This document shows, piece by piece, positions 48,441 through 60,664 of a stretch of 64,000 nt of DNA. Numbering within the stretch: position 1 is the first letter of the stretch; each line of letters begins with the position of its first letter. A program made the position numbers and the translations under genes. The DNA is from Actinomycetes bacterium (GTDB taxonomy: Bacteria; Actinomycetota; Thermoleophilia; BMS3ABIN01): positions 2,804 through 66,803 of the forward strand of contig JAJYOG010000006.1 in assembly GCA_021785935.1 (NCBI GenBank). The letters run 5' to 3'. The notes under the pieces are model-generated. The model had not been told where the DNA came from. It worked only from the letters and a program-made list of their open reading frames with translations, and did no database searches.

Positions 48441-48524
48441 ATTTCGGGGACACAATACTAAATTATTTTATGTATGACTGTTGAAAATTGAAGGGATCTG
48501 AATTTAGTATTGTGTCCCCGAAAT
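48440..48524. repeat. 24-bp dispersed repeat, copies 5-6, inverted pair
   Basis: 48440-48464 forward, 48501-48524 reverse. Confidence 0.85.
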
Positions 48525-48543
48525 GAAGGAGATCCGCGTGATC

Positions 48544-48933
48544 ATGAAATCCAAGATCATCAAAACCGAGGAAGAATGGCGCCGGCAGCTGACGGCGGAG
48601 CAGTATCGCGTCTGTCGCGAGAGGGGTACGGAGACACCGTATACCGGGGATTGCTCCGTGCCCTCAGGCAACGGAACATATGCCTGCGTCTGCTGCGGCA
48701 ATGAGCTTTTCAAGGTTGGCAGCAAGTTTGAGTCGGGCACAGGTTGGCCCAGCTTCTGGGAGCCGGTTACTGAGGACGCCGTGGAGTACGAGACCGATAC
48801 CGGCCATGGCATGGTACGCACGGAAGTTAAATGTGCCGTCTGTGGCTCCCATCTGGGGCATGTTTTCGAGGATGGGCCGCCGCCGACCGGAAAGCGCTAC
48901 TGCATCAACTCGGTGGCGATCCATCGGTCGTAA
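48544..48933 (+). CDS. msrB: Peptide methionine (R)-sulfoxide reductase
   Basis: GTGWPSF, HLGHVF, RYCINS. Confidence 0.96.
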   Translation: MKSKIIKTEEEWRRQLTAEQYRVCRERGTETPYTGDCSVPSGNGTYACVCCGNELFKVGSKFESGTGWPSFWEPVTEDAVEYETDTGHGMVRTEVKCAVCGSHLGHVFEDGPPPTGKRYCINSVAIHRS

Positions 48934-48943
48934 TTTTGGGGGG

Positions 48944-49056
48944 AATTTCGGGGACACAATACTAAATTCGCAAATTTCAGCTCAACTTTCGCGAATTCAA
49001 TGAATAATTTAGTATTGTGTCCCCGAAATTCCCGTCCCCGAAATTCCCCCGAAATT
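48944..49056. repeat. 24-bp dispersed repeat, copies 7-8, inverted pair with CCCCGAAATT stutter
   Basis: 48944-48968 forward, 49006-49030 reverse, partial copies to 49056. Confidence 0.85.
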
Positions 49057-50035
49057 ATTCGATGAGGCCGATCAGGATCGGATAGACCCATGTGCTCTTT
49101 TCGCCGATGCTGGTCATGTCTATGTAGTCATGCGGCAACCCCAGCGATGCATCGAATTCATATCTGGTGATCGTGGCGCCCGAGCTCTCCCACTCCGCGG
49201 CAATTTCCTTGGACATGTTGTTGTTCACGGTATGGTCATTGCCGTTTGTGACCAGAACGATATTGCCGGCCTGGGCTGCTTCACCGGCGGTCTGCGGCTG
49301 AGCCACCCGGGAAAATATCAGATACTCCGCTATGCCACGGGTGGACCAGCCCAGATAGACGCTGTCCCTGGGAGGTTCGGAGGAAGAACTAAAAGTGACG
49401 TCGGGAAACCGCGAAAAGAGATTGCCCAGCATCGTGTCCCCGGCCTGCGGCACGCCAGCGAGGCCAAAGAGCGGAGCGATCAAGACAGCCTTGTCGATGC
49501 CGCTCCGATGCTGAGCGATATCAGCGGCGATGGTGCCGCCGCCGGACAGACCAACCACGACCACATTGGCGCCCAGCCCCACGGCGATGTCGGCGACCTG
49601 GCCGGAGAACGTCTGGAGGTCCTGGGCATGGAGATTGCCCAGCTCGGAAACGGTGTGGGTTGAGAGGCCGTGATACGGCATTCGCGGGATAAATACATTG
49701 TAGCCATCGTCGTAGAATTCCTGGCCCAGCTCCCAGAACTGCCGGGGCGAATTAGTCAGGCCATGGATTAAGACGACGGCATTCGCGGTCTTGTCGCCAT
49801 GTGTATAGAACGTTGTGCCGCAAATACCGCAGACCTTGCCGCTTTCATCATCGATAACGCCCTGAATGCGCCGGGCGGCATCGCTGTAGCTTGCAGCCGG
49901 ATCGGCGCTGGATACAAGTCCGCTGGTGCTGACGGGGATTATGGCCAGCAGCAATAGCAACGCGATGAGACCCAGGGTCACCAGCCCGGAATACTTGGCG
50001 CCCTTCTTAATGATGTATCCAAATGAAGGCATCAT
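49055..50035 (-). CDS. Alpha/beta hydrolase, membrane-anchored
   Basis: LIHGLTNSP, GLSGG nucleophile elbow, C-terminal His. Confidence 0.88.
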   Translation of the reverse strand: MMPSFGYIIKKGAKYSGLVTLGLIALLLLLAIIPVSTSGLVSSADPAASYSDAARRIQGVIDDESGKVCGICGTTFYTHGDKTANAVVLIHGLTNSPRQFWELGQEFYDDGYNVFIPRMPYHGLSTHTVSELGNLHAQDLQTFSGQVADIAVGLGANVVVVGLSGGGTIAADIAQHRSGIDKAVLIAPLFGLAGVPQAGDTMLGNLFSRFPDVTFSSSSEPPRDSVYLGWSTRGIAEYLIFSRVAQPQTAGEAAQAGNIVLVTNGNDHTVNNNMSKEIAAEWESSGATITRYEFDASLGLPHDYIDMTSIGEKSTWVYPILIGLIE

Positions 50036-50110
50036 GCTTCAAATGGTATTCAAGCAGGTGGTTTGGATTCCTTTGAGGCCGTCTCTTCTGTGGGAAGGGG
50101 CGGGGCAGGA

Positions 50111-50578
50111 TCAGCGGCAGCTGGAGCGGCCGTGCTTTTCCAGGTAACGTTGATGGTATTCCTCGGCCCGGTAAAATTCTTCGGCTGGTTTGATCTCGGT
50201 TACAATCGGGCGGCGGAAGCGGCAACCCGCCTTAAGCTCGGCGAGCGACTCTTTAACCGCCTGCTCCTGTTCTGGTGTGAAAAAGAAGATGCCAGACCGG
50301 TACTGGGTACCGCGGTCCGGACCCTGCCGGTTGGGCGTGGTGGGATCGTGGATCCTCCAGAAACTCTGCAGGAGCTCCTTGTAGGATATCCGCTCAGGGT
50401 CGTATTCCACCAGGACGGCTTCGGCGTGGCCGGTCTTGCCGGTACAGACGTCTTCGTAAGCGGGATTCTCAAAATCACCGCCGGCGTAACCAACCGCGGT
50501 CTCAACAACGCCATCCAAAGCGCGAAACTCTGCTTCAACACCCCAGAAACAGCCGGCGGCGAATATTGCTTTGTCCAA
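50111..50578 (-). CDS. msrA: Peptide methionine (S)-sulfoxide reductase
   Basis: [18 protein letters not shown]; probable TTG start at 50578. Confidence 0.96.
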   Translation of the reverse strand: MDKAIFAAGCFWGVEAEFRALDGVVETAVGYAGGDFENPAYEDVCTGKTGHAEAVLVEYDPERISYKELLQSFWRIHDPTTPNRQGPDRGTQYRSGIFFFTPEQEQAVKESLAELKAGCRFRRPIVTEIKPAEEFYRAEEYHQRYLEKHGRSSCR

Positions 50579-50748
50579 GACTTCTCCCTTTTCCCCATTT
50601 AACGCAAGATAACTAACCAACCATAAATAGATACCCATTTCCGGGTATTTTGAGCGGAATCCCTGGAATTGTGCAGAAGGCTGGCACAGGGAGGGCTCCC
50701 CTTCATTACGCCGTTGCGGGCTCCCCCCACGTTGCGCTGGGCGGGATC

Positions 50749-50874
50749 CTCGTTACGTCGTGCGGCTTTCTTGTTACGTCGTGCGGCTTTCTCGTTACGT
50801 CGTGCGGCTTTCTCGTTACGTCGTGCGGCTTTCTTGTTACGTCGTGCGGCTTTCTTGTTACGTCGTGCGGGCTT
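50749..50874. repeat. 21-bp tandem repeat x6
   Basis: CT(C/T)GTTACGTCGTGCGGCTTT repeated without spacers. Confidence 0.92.
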
Positions 50875-50965
50875 CTCGTATCGCGCCGAAGCGTGACTTG
50901 CTCTTAATTTTAAAATATCATCGAATAATTGGGGGTATTCCAGCGTTAACTTAGGGGAGGACGTC

Positions 50966-51577
50966 GTGAGTTCATCGCATCGTCACCGCAATATCATCAT
51001 AGCCATAGTTGTAATAGCCGTGCTCATTTTGGGTGTGGCGCTCATCCGCAATATCGTCGAAAAACGCCGCGAAACCGCTCGTGAGCGCATCGAAGACGTC
51101 GGCGGCAGGAACGTTGCCAGCGGCGGCTCGAATTCGGCGCAATCGGCGCAGCATTCCCAGTCAGGAGCATCGGGAAGCCAGGCCTCAAACGAGTCCCAGG
51201 AAAACGACAACCAGCTGGCGCCGGCTCAGCAGCCTCCCGAGGAAGAAGGAGGAGGCCTCGTGCCCGTCGACAACCCACCAGTTTCCCTGGACATAATCGA
51301 TCAAAATGTAACGCCCTACCGTGCCGCCCACGGCACCCAGCGCGCCTTTCAGGCTTCCATAAACGGTCAGGCCACCGTGGTAACGATGACCATCGCCGGC
51401 CCCGGAGGCGGATTTACGGTCTCGCTGACCTCGGGGCCATATGTTCCCGGCCATACCAATTGGGCTGCCGAAGCAATGGGGCCTTCAATGCCGGGAGAGT
51501 ACAGCTATTCCACTACGGCAAGAGACGTTGACGGCGTTCCGGTGCAAGAACAGGGCAGCATATTCATTGTCGAGTAA
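50966..51577 (+). CDS. Hypothetical membrane-anchored protein
   Basis: N-terminal TM, Ser/Gln linker, beta-rich C-terminal domain; RBS GGAGG. Confidence 0.7.
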   Translation: MSSSHRHRNIIIAIVVIAVLILGVALIRNIVEKRRETARERIEDVGGRNVASGGSNSAQSAQHSQSGASGSQASNESQENDNQLAPAQQPPEEEGGGLVPVDNPPVSLDIIDQNVTPYRAAHGTQRAFQASINGQATVVTMTIAGPGGGFTVSLTSGPYVPGHTNWAAEAMGPSMPGEYSYSTTARDVDGVPVQEQGSIFIVE

Positions 51578-51753
51578 TATTCGAGTGATATGTTTATCCC
51601 CCGGCCGGATTATTCTTTATGACAGAGGATAGGTCCTGAGCATCCTCACGGCTTTTTCCCAAATCAAGGCATCCATGATCACGCCTGCTAATGATGCCAA
51701 CCTTCATTTCCGGGTGGAAACTGCCGCCGGTTCGTTAAATAATAAACAGCGTT

Positions 51754-53055
51754 ATGATTCCCAAGTATTCACGACCTGAAATAAGCGCTATCTGGAGCGA
51801 TGAGAGCCGCATGGCTGCCTGGCTCGAGGTGGAGATCGCTGTCTGCGAGTCTTGGGCCGAGCGCGGCCTGATCCCGGCGGAGGCGCTCGCAGAGATCAAG
51901 GACAAAGCGGCTTTCGACGTGGCTCGCGTGCTCGAGATTGAGAAAAAGACGCGGCACGACGTCATCGCCTTTTTGACCAACGTGGGTGAGCACGTAGGTG
52001 AGCCATCCAAATATATCCATTACGGCATGACCTCCTCGGATATGCTCGATACCGGTCTGGGTCTGCAGCTGCGGATGGCCAGCGACATCCTCCTGCTCGA
52101 TCTGCGGCATCTGCTGGGCGTCCTAAAAAAGCGGGCGCTCGAGCATAAGGACACCGTGATGATCGGCCGCAGCCATGGGATCCACGCCGAGCCGATTACC
52201 TTCGGTCTCAAACTCGCGGTTTGGTGCTTTGAAGTCGCCCGTGACATCGAGCGGCTGGAGCGGGGGCGCGAGGCGGTGGCGGTCGGGCAGATTTCGGGGG
52301 TCGTCGGCACCTATGCCATGATCCCTCCTGACATCGAGGAAGAAGTTTGCCATAAACTGGGACTGACGCCGGCGCCGGCGTCGACTCAGGTAGTGCAGCG
52401 CGACCGGCACGCCGAGTTTATGGGAACGCTGGCTGTAATCGCCTCCACCATTGAGAAGATGGCAGTCGAGGTGCGGCACCTGCAGCGCACCGAGGTGCTC
52501 GAAGCCGAAGAGGCGTTCAAGCCGGGGCAGAAGGGCTCCTCGGCGATGCCCCACAAGCGCAATCCCATCATTAGCGAGCGGATGTGCGGGCAGGCGCGGA
52601 TCATCCGGGCCAACGCCATGGTTGCTTTCGAGAACAACGCCCTCTGGCACGAGCGCGACATTTCGCATTCATCCGCCGAGCGGGTCATCCTCCCCGACAG
52701 CACGATTTTACTTGACTACATGCTCTACAAGTGGGCCAACACGATGGACAATCTGCTCGTCTATCCCGAGAGGATGCTCCAGAACCTCTGGTCTAGCTAC
52801 GGATTGGTCTTCTCCCAATCGGTTCTGTTAAAATTGATAGACAAGGGGCTCTCCCGCGAGGAAGCCTACAAGGTCGTCCAGACCGGCGCCATGAAGGCCT
52901 GGCAGGACAAGACCAGTTTTAAAGACCTGTTATTACACGACGAAACTGTTAGGGCATCCCTCACTGAAGCAGAGCTGGAAAGCTGCTTCGACCCTTCCCG
53001 CTACCTGGAAAACACCGGCGTGGTCTTCGCGCGCCTGGAAAAGCTCGATGCATAA
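51754..53055 (+). CDS. purB: Adenylosuccinate lyase
   Basis: TRHDV, GRSHGIHAEP, GSSAMPHKRNP. Confidence 0.98.
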   Translation: MIPKYSRPEISAIWSDESRMAAWLEVEIAVCESWAERGLIPAEALAEIKDKAAFDVARVLEIEKKTRHDVIAFLTNVGEHVGEPSKYIHYGMTSSDMLDTGLGLQLRMASDILLLDLRHLLGVLKKRALEHKDTVMIGRSHGIHAEPITFGLKLAVWCFEVARDIERLERGREAVAVGQISGVVGTYAMIPPDIEEEVCHKLGLTPAPASTQVVQRDRHAEFMGTLAVIASTIEKMAVEVRHLQRTEVLEAEEAFKPGQKGSSAMPHKRNPIISERMCGQARIIRANAMVAFENNALWHERDISHSSAERVILPDSTILLDYMLYKWANTMDNLLVYPERMLQNLWSSYGLVFSQSVLLKLIDKGLSREEAYKVVQTGAMKAWQDKTSFKDLLLHDETVRASLTEAELESCFDPSRYLENTGVVFARLEKLDA

Positions 53056-53102
53056 TTTCGGGGACACAATACTAAACAATTTCGGGGACACAATACTAAA
53101 TT
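53054..53102 (+). repeat. 24-bp dispersed repeat, copies 9-10, tandem
   Basis: AATTTCGGGGACACAATACTAAA twice, overlapping the purB stop. Confidence 0.85.
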
Positions 53103-53183
53103 ATTTTCACAAATCTGCCACGCACGGAGCCGGATTGTGATCTCTGCCCGCTCCCGAAGCCGGATTGATCTGGAGGACCTGAT

Positions 53184-53888
53184 ATGACACAGGAAATAAT
53201 TTACGAGGGCAAGGCCAAGATCGTCTATTCGACGGACGATCCCAATATGGTGTCGCAGAAGTTCAAGGATGACGCCACTGCTTTTGACGGCAAGAAGAAG
53301 GGGCAGATCGCTAGCAAGGGCGTCCGCAACGCGGCCATCTCGACGACTCTGTTCAAGCTGCTGGAAGAGCGGGGCATCATCACCCAGCTGGTCGAGCGCA
53401 CGGCCGAGGACACGCTCTTATGTAAACGGCTCACCATGTTCCCCGTCGAGGTCGTGATCAGAAATTACGCCGCCGGCAGCATCTGCAAGCGGTTGGGCTT
53501 TGAAGAAGGCCACAAGATGAAGAAGCCGATGCTTGAGTTCTTCCTCAAGGATGATTCCCTCGGCGATCCGCTGGTGACGGACGCCCACATTGAGGAGCTG
53601 GAACTCCTCACCCGCGCTGAACGCGACGAGATCGAGCAGTTGGCGCTCAAAATCAACGAGACGCTCACAAAGTTTTTTGCCGAGCGCAAGGTGCTATTGA
53701 TTGACTTCAAGCTTGAATTTGGTAAAGACAGCGAAGGCAACATCGTCCTCGGCGATGAGATCAGCCCCGACACCTGCCGTTTCTGGGATGCCGAGACGCG
53801 CGAGAAGCTTGACAAGGACCGCTTCCGCCGCGACCTTGGCGGCGTCGAGGAAGCCTACAAGGAAATGCTCAACCGGGTTGAGAGCTGA
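53184..53888 (+). CDS. purC: SAICAR synthetase
   Basis: YEGKAK, DFKLEFG, DEISPDTCRFWD. Confidence 0.98.
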   Translation: MTQEIIYEGKAKIVYSTDDPNMVSQKFKDDATAFDGKKKGQIASKGVRNAAISTTLFKLLEERGIITQLVERTAEDTLLCKRLTMFPVEVVIRNYAAGSICKRLGFEEGHKMKKPMLEFFLKDDSLGDPLVTDAHIEELELLTRAERDEIEQLALKINETLTKFFAERKVLLIDFKLEFGKDSEGNIVLGDEISPDTCRFWDAETREKLDKDRFRRDLGGVEEAYKEMLNRVES

Positions 53889-53929
53889 CGCGGCGCTTAG
53901 CCGCCCGGCCCATCCCACAAGGAGCGGAG

Positions 53930-54169
53930 ATGAAAGCAAAGGTATATATCACTCCCAAGGCGGGAATCCTGGATCCCCAGGGTCTTACCATCGAGCGCTC
54001 ACTGCCGGCGTTGGGTTTCGAGGGAGTCACAAACGTGCGTGTGGGCAAGTACATCGAGCTGGATCTGCCCGACGGCGACGCCGCCGGCGAGGCCGTCGAC
54101 AAAATGTGCCACAAGCTGCTGGCCAATCCCATCATCGAGGATTTTGAGTTCGAGCTAGTGCCCGAATAG
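53930..54169 (+). CDS. purS: FGAM synthase subunit PurS
   Basis: [14 protein letters not shown]. Confidence 0.96.
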   Translation: MKAKVYITPKAGILDPQGLTIERSLPALGFEGVTNVRVGKYIELDLPDGDAAGEAVDKMCHKLLANPIIEDFEFELVPE

Positions 54170-54978
54170 TGGCTGCCTTCTCACAGACTGAAGTTAAACC
54201 CGTGCGGTTCGGGGTCGTGGTCTTTCCCGGCTCCAACTGCGATGCTGACTCCTACGATGCCGTCCGCTCGTTTACCGGCGCCGACGCCCGCTATTTCTGG
54301 CACAAGGACACCGGGCTAACCGGCCTCGACTGTGTCATCCTCCCCGGCGGCTTTTCTTACGGGGATTACCTGCGCTGCGGCGCCATCGCCCGCTTCTCTC
54401 CCATTATGGCCGCGGTCAAGAATTTTGCTGATGAAGGCGGCCTGGTCATCGGCATCTGCAACGGCTTCCAGATCTTGCTGGAAGCGGGAATGCTCCCCGG
54501 CGCCATGCACCAGAACGAGGGGTTAAAGTTTGTCTGCAAGCTGGTGAATCTACGGGTCGAGAATAACGAGACGCCGTTTACGACCGGCTATGAGCGCGGG
54601 CAGGTCATCAAGATTCCGATCGCCCATCGCGAAGGCAATTATTTTATCGATGAAGCCGGGCTGGCCGAGATCGAGGCGAACGGCCAGGTGATCGTGCGCT
54701 ACTGCGATGAAAGCGGCGAGACTACCGCCGAGGCGAATCCCAACGGTTCGCTGGGGAATATCGCCGGAGTCTGCAACAAGGAGCGCAACGTCTTCGGGCT
54801 CATGCCTCATCCGGAACGGGTATGTGACGAGATCGTTGGCGGCACCGGCGGCCGCGGCGTTTTCGAGTCGATCATCAGCGGTGTTGCGGCAGAAGCGGCC
54901 GGCGCGAGCATTGCGGCAGAAGCGGCCGGCGAAATGAAAGATATTTTAGGAAACATAGGAAACGAACGTCCCCGATGA
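54169..54978 (+). CDS. purQ: FGAM synthase subunit PurQ
   Basis: FPGSNCD, GICNGFQ, MPHPER. Confidence 0.97.
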   Translation: MAAFSQTEVKPVRFGVVVFPGSNCDADSYDAVRSFTGADARYFWHKDTGLTGLDCVILPGGFSYGDYLRCGAIARFSPIMAAVKNFADEGGLVIGICNGFQILLEAGMLPGAMHQNEGLKFVCKLVNLRVENNETPFTTGYERGQVIKIPIAHREGNYFIDEAGLAEIEANGQVIVRYCDESGETTAEANPNGSLGNIAGVCNKERNVFGLMPHPERVCDEIVGGTGGRGVFESIISGVAAEAAGASIAAEAAGEMKDILGNIGNERPR

Positions 54979-57185
54979 GCGGCGATCTCGATCAGAAAAC
55001 CGCTTACGAGCTGCTCGGTCTGAAGCAGAAGGAATACGATGGCATCTGCGAGGCCATGGGCCGCGAGCCCAACTATACCGAGCTGGCGGTGTTCTCGCTG
55101 ATGTGGAGCGAGCACTGTGGCTACAAGCATTCGCGGCCGCTCCTTAAAAATCTTCCCACCGAGGGTGAGGGCATCCTCCAGGGGCCCGGCGAGAACGCCG
55201 GCATCATCGACATCGGCGGCGGCCAGGCCATCGCCATGAAGATCGAGAGCCACAACCATCCCTCCGCCATCGAGCCTTTTCAGGGCGCGGCCACCGGCAT
55301 CGGCGGTATCGTCCGTGACATTTTCGCCATGGGCGCGCGCCCGATCGCCAACCTCGACCCCCTGCATTTCGGCTCGCTGGAGAAGGCGCGTCAGAAGTTC
55401 CTGCTCGAGGGCGTGGTCGAGGGCATCGCTTCCTACGGCAACTGTATGGGCATTCCTACGATCGCCGGCGAAATCCATTTTGAGGATGCTTACGAGGGCA
55501 ACTGCCTGATCAATGTCATGTGCGTGGGGATTGTGGATCAGGATAAAATTTTGCGCGCCCGCGCCGAGGGGCCGGGCAACCTGGTTGTGTTGATGGGCTC
55601 GACCACCGGGCGCGACGGCATCGGCGGCGCCAGTATCCTGGCTTCGGCCGAGTTCGACGAGACCGCCCAGGAAAAGCGGCCGACCGTCCAGGTGGGCGAT
55701 CCCTTTACCGAGAAGAAACTGCTCGAAGCCTGTCTGGAGCTGCGCGACAAGGGCCTGCTGGTCGCACTCCAGGATCTGGGCGCGGCCGGGCTCTCCAGCT
55801 CCTCAAGCGAGATGGCCAGCAAGGGCGAGGTCGGCATCGACATGGATATCTCCAAGGTGCCGCTGCGCGAGCAGGGCATGGAGCCTTTCGAGATCATGAT
55901 CTCGGAATCCCAGGAGCGGATGCTGGCCGTGATCAAACCCGAGCTTGAAGCCGAGGTGCTCGCCATCTGCGACAAGTGGGATCTCGACGCCAACGTTATT
56001 GGCAAGGTCACCGACACCAGGCGCCTGCGCGTCTTCCTCGGTGAGAAGATGGTGGCCGATATGCCCGTAGACGCCCTTGTTGATGAAGCGCCGACTTATG
56101 TGGTTCCGGCGGTGCGGCCGGCCCACGAGGTTGATGAGCCGCTGGCGGAAGACCACTATCAGCCGCCATCCGACCTCAACGAGACTTTGACCACCCTGTT
56201 GCGTTCCCCTAATATTTGTGACAAGAGCTGGGTCTACCGGCAGTACGATCACATGGTCCAGACCAACAATGCCCTCTGGCCTGGCGCCGAAGCCGCGGTG
56301 TTGCGCATCAAGGGCCGCAAGACCGGCGTGGCCCTCACCACTGACGGCAACGGCCGCCGCTGTTATCTCGATCCGCGCCGAGGCGCCCGCGCAGCGGTCG
56401 CCGAGGCGGCGCGAAACTTATCCTGCGCCGGGGCGAAACCTCTGGCCATTACCAACTGTCTAAATTTTGGTAACCCCGAGAAGGGCGAAATTTACTACCA
56501 GTTCCAGGAAGCCGTCGAGGGGATGGCGGAAGCCTGCAAGGCCTTCCAAACGCCGGTCACCGGCGGCAACGTCAGTTTTTACAACGAGAGTTTCGGACAG
56601 GCGATCTATCCCAATCCCGTGGTTGGCATGATGGGTCTGGCCGAGGACGTCACCATGATCGGAACCCCTGGTTTCAAGGATGAGGGAGACGCGGTGCTGC
56701 TTCTGGGCAACGCCCGTCCGGCGGTCGACGGGTCCGAGTATCAATCGCACATTCTCGGAGACGTGGCGGGGCGCATCCCCGATGTTGACCTCGAGATGGA
56801 AAAGAAGCTGCAATTGCTCGTAAGAGAGGCTATTCTTGAAGGACTGGTAAAAAGCGCCCACGACGTCAGCGACGGCGGTCTTGCCTGTTGCCTGGCGGAG
56901 TCGGCTATCGATGGCGGCAAGGGCGCGGTCATCGAGCTGACATCGGACCAGCGGCCGGACCTGCTGCTCTTCGGTGAGGCGCCGGGTTTGATTGTCGTGA
57001 CCGTTGAGGAAAAATACCTTGAACATTTTGCTCAGCTGGCGCTGGACCTGCCGACCCAGGTGATCGGGCGGGTTGAGGGCGAGCGGTTGCTAATCCGGGC
57101 ATCTGGCGCGGACCAGATTGATCTTCCCGTAGCCCAGGCGGCAAAAGCCTGGGGTGCGGCGCTGGAAACACTGATAACGGGCTGA
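54975..57185 (+). CDS. purL: FGAM synthase subunit PurL
   Basis: [22 protein letters not shown]. Confidence 0.98.
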   Translation: MSGDLDQKTAYELLGLKQKEYDGICEAMGREPNYTELAVFSLMWSEHCGYKHSRPLLKNLPTEGEGILQGPGENAGIIDIGGGQAIAMKIESHNHPSAIEPFQGAATGIGGIVRDIFAMGARPIANLDPLHFGSLEKARQKFLLEGVVEGIASYGNCMGIPTIAGEIHFEDAYEGNCLINVMCVGIVDQDKILRARAEGPGNLVVLMGSTTGRDGIGGASILASAEFDETAQEKRPTVQVGDPFTEKKLLEACLELRDKGLLVALQDLGAAGLSSSSSEMASKGEVGIDMDISKVPLREQGMEPFEIMISESQERMLAVIKPELEAEVLAICDKWDLDANVIGKVTDTRRLRVFLGEKMVADMPVDALVDEAPTYVVPAVRPAHEVDEPLAEDHYQPPSDLNETLTTLLRSPNICDKSWVYRQYDHMVQTNNALWPGAEAAVLRIKGRKTGVALTTDGNGRRCYLDPRRGARAAVAEAARNLSCAGAKPLAITNCLNFGNPEKGEIYYQFQEAVEGMAEACKAFQTPVTGGNVSFYNESFGQAIYPNPVVGMMGLAEDVTMIGTPGFKDEGDAVLLLGNARPAVDGSEYQSHILGDVAGRIPDVDLEMEKKLQLLVREAILEGLVKSAHDVSDGGLACCLAESAIDGGKGAVIELTSDQRPDLLLFGEAPGLIVVTVEEKYLEHFAQLALDLPTQVIGRVEGERLLIRASGADQIDLPVAQAAKAWGAALETLITG

Positions 57186-57281
57186 AATCCGATTTATGCA
57201 GGATGAAATCACGCGAATTTACGGGATGAAAAAACAGGCAAAACCAAGAGGCTGAAAAGCCAAGCAAAGGGTAGAGGGCTT

Positions 57282-58873
57282 GTGAATGATACTGAAAAAC
57301 ATTGCAATGATAAGCCGGAAGAAGCCTGCGGCGTCTTTGGAACCGTTGCTCCCGGACGCGAAGTCAGCCGGCTGGCCTTCTTCGCACTCTTCGCGTTGCA
57401 GCACCGCGGCCAGGAGAGCGCCGGCATCGCCGTCAGCGACGACGGCCATCTGACTGCGATCAAGGATATGGGCCTGGTCTCGCAGGTCTTCAACGAACAG
57501 ATGCTAAAGAGCCTGTCGGGGGAAGCGGCCATCGGCCATGTGCGTTATTCCACCACAGGTTCCACCCGCTGGGCCAACGCGCAGCCGGTCTGCCTCAACC
57601 GCAACGGCCACACGTTGGCATTGGCACATAACGGCAATATAGTCAATACCGGTGAGCTGCGTGAGATCATGGCGCCGCGCGGGATCAAGCTAACTACCAC
57701 CAGTGACAGCGAACTGCTGGCGGCGCTGATCGCCACCAACGAAGCCGAGGACATCCGCGACGCTGTGGCCGAAAGCATCCCCAAAATCAAGGGAGCGTTT
57801 TCGGTCGTGCTGCTTAGCCAGGGTACGGTCGTGGGCTTCCGCGATCCCTGGGGTGTGCGGCCGCTCTGCGTCGGCAAGCTCGATGACGGTAATTTCGTAC
57901 TGGCCTCGGAGAGTTGCGCGCTCGACATCATCGGCGCCGAGTTCGTTCAGGAGGTCGAGCCCGGGCAGATGGCGGTGCTGACCGAAGGTAATCTCGAGCT
58001 GCGCCAGGTAGTTGAGCCGGCCGAGCGGCAGGGATTCTGCATTTTTGAATATATTTACTTCGCGAGGCCGGACTCAGTCATCAACGGCCTCAATGTTTCC
58101 CAGGCGCGTAACCGCATGGGCGAGGAGCTGGCCCGCGAGTCCCTGGTGGAGGCCGACATGGTCATCCCCATCCCGGACACCGGCACGCCGGCCGCTATCG
58201 GCTTTGCCCGCGCCAGCGGCGTCCCTTACGGGGAAGGACTGATCAAGAACCGTTATGTCGGGCGCACCTTCATTCAGCCGGACCAGGATCTGCGGCAGCA
58301 CGGCATTCGGGTCAAGCTGAATCCGCTCGCGGAAGCGATCAAGGGCAAGAGCCTGGTCGTCGTCGACGACTCCATCGTCCGTGGTAACACAACTCATAAA
58401 ATTGTCAAAATGCTATACGACGCCGGCGCCACCGAAGTGCATCTGCGCATCAGCTCGCCGCCGATCACTCATCCCTGTTTCTACGGGATTGATACCTCCA
58501 CCAGCACCGAGCTGATCGCCTCGGAGAAAACTGTCGAGGAGATTCGCAAGCAGGTCGGCGCCGATTCACTGGAATACATCTCGCTGGCCGGGCTGCAGCG
58601 GGCAGTGGGCAGACCGGCGACCGATTACTGCCGCGCCTGTTTCACCGGCAACTATCCCGTCGATATTCCGGATTCGCTCAAGCTGTGCAAGCACCGCTTC
58701 GAGCAGGTCGAGCAGGGTTCCAGGGATGAAAAACCGTCCGGCAACGGCGGCAAGCCGAAACGGAAGCAGACCGCCGCCGGCAGAGAGCCGAAGCAGGATC
58801 GGTCCGCCGCCGGTGGCAAGCGGACAAAGAAGCAGACCGCTAGTGGCAAGGGGACCGAGAAGGAGCCGGTGGC

Positions 58874-58877
<4 letters not shown>
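57282..58877 (+). CDS. purF: Amidophosphoribosyltransferase
   Basis: EACGVFG, QHRGQESAG, VDDSIVRGNT. Confidence 0.98.
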
Positions 58878-59908
<1,031 letters not shown>

Positions 59909-59914
59909 AGCGAG

Positions 59915-60571
59915 ATGAATGCCGCCGGCGCCGATAGCGGCACACCGCCGTTCCGTCTGGGAGTGCTTGTCTCCGGTTCGGGTTCGAACCTGCAGAGCAT
60001 CATCGACAAGCTGCACAACGGGCCGGCCAACATCGGGATCGCTGTGGTCGTCAGCGACAACAATAAGGCCAAAGGCCTGATGCGGGCGGCCGAAGCCGGC
60101 ATTCCCACGGCTGTTTTTTCCATGATCGATTTCGATGACCGCGTCGAGCATGACCGGGCCATGGCCGCGGAACTCAAGCGCCACGAGGTCGACCTGGTAG
60201 TTTTAGCGGGGTACATGCTCCTGGTGACGCCAGGCCTGCTGGACAGCTTTCCGTACAAGGTTATCAACCTGCATCCGGCGCTGCTTCCCGCTTTTCCGGG
60301 CGCTTCGCCGATTGAGGATACCATGGACTACGGCGCCAGAATTACCGGCGTCACGGTGCATTTTGTGGATGAAGGCGCCGACACCGGCCCGATCATTCTT
60401 CAAGAAGCGGTGGAAATTAAATATAATGACACGGTCGAAAGCCTGCGGGGCCGGATCCATGAGGTCGAGCACCGGATTCTGCCGCGGGCCATCGAGCTGA
60501 TAGCATCCGGACGGGTGAGGTTTGATGAGGAAAATCCGCGCCGGGTGATCGTGGATGAAGACCGGCCGTAA
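59915..60571 (+). CDS. purN: Phosphoribosylglycinamide formyltransferase
   Basis: SGSGSNLQ, NLHPALLP, GVTVHFV. Confidence 0.97.
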   Translation: MNAAGADSGTPPFRLGVLVSGSGSNLQSIIDKLHNGPANIGIAVVVSDNNKAKGLMRAAEAGIPTAVFSMIDFDDRVEHDRAMAAELKRHEVDLVVLAGYMLLVTPGLLDSFPYKVINLHPALLPAFPGASPIEDTMDYGARITGVTVHFVDEGADTGPIILQEAVEIKYNDTVESLRGRIHEVEHRILPRAIELIASGRVRFDEENPRRVIVDEDRP

Positions 60572-60664
60572 CATTACCGGGGAAAAGGGCGGCAGCAGGA
60601 AATTTTAGAAGAAAGACCCATGAAGGGTCTTACAGCATATTAGTCCGCAACCGGGGAGGAAGTC

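Noticed and set aside
50749-50874. CRISPR array
   Set aside because: Units abut with no unique spacers; no cas genes in the window
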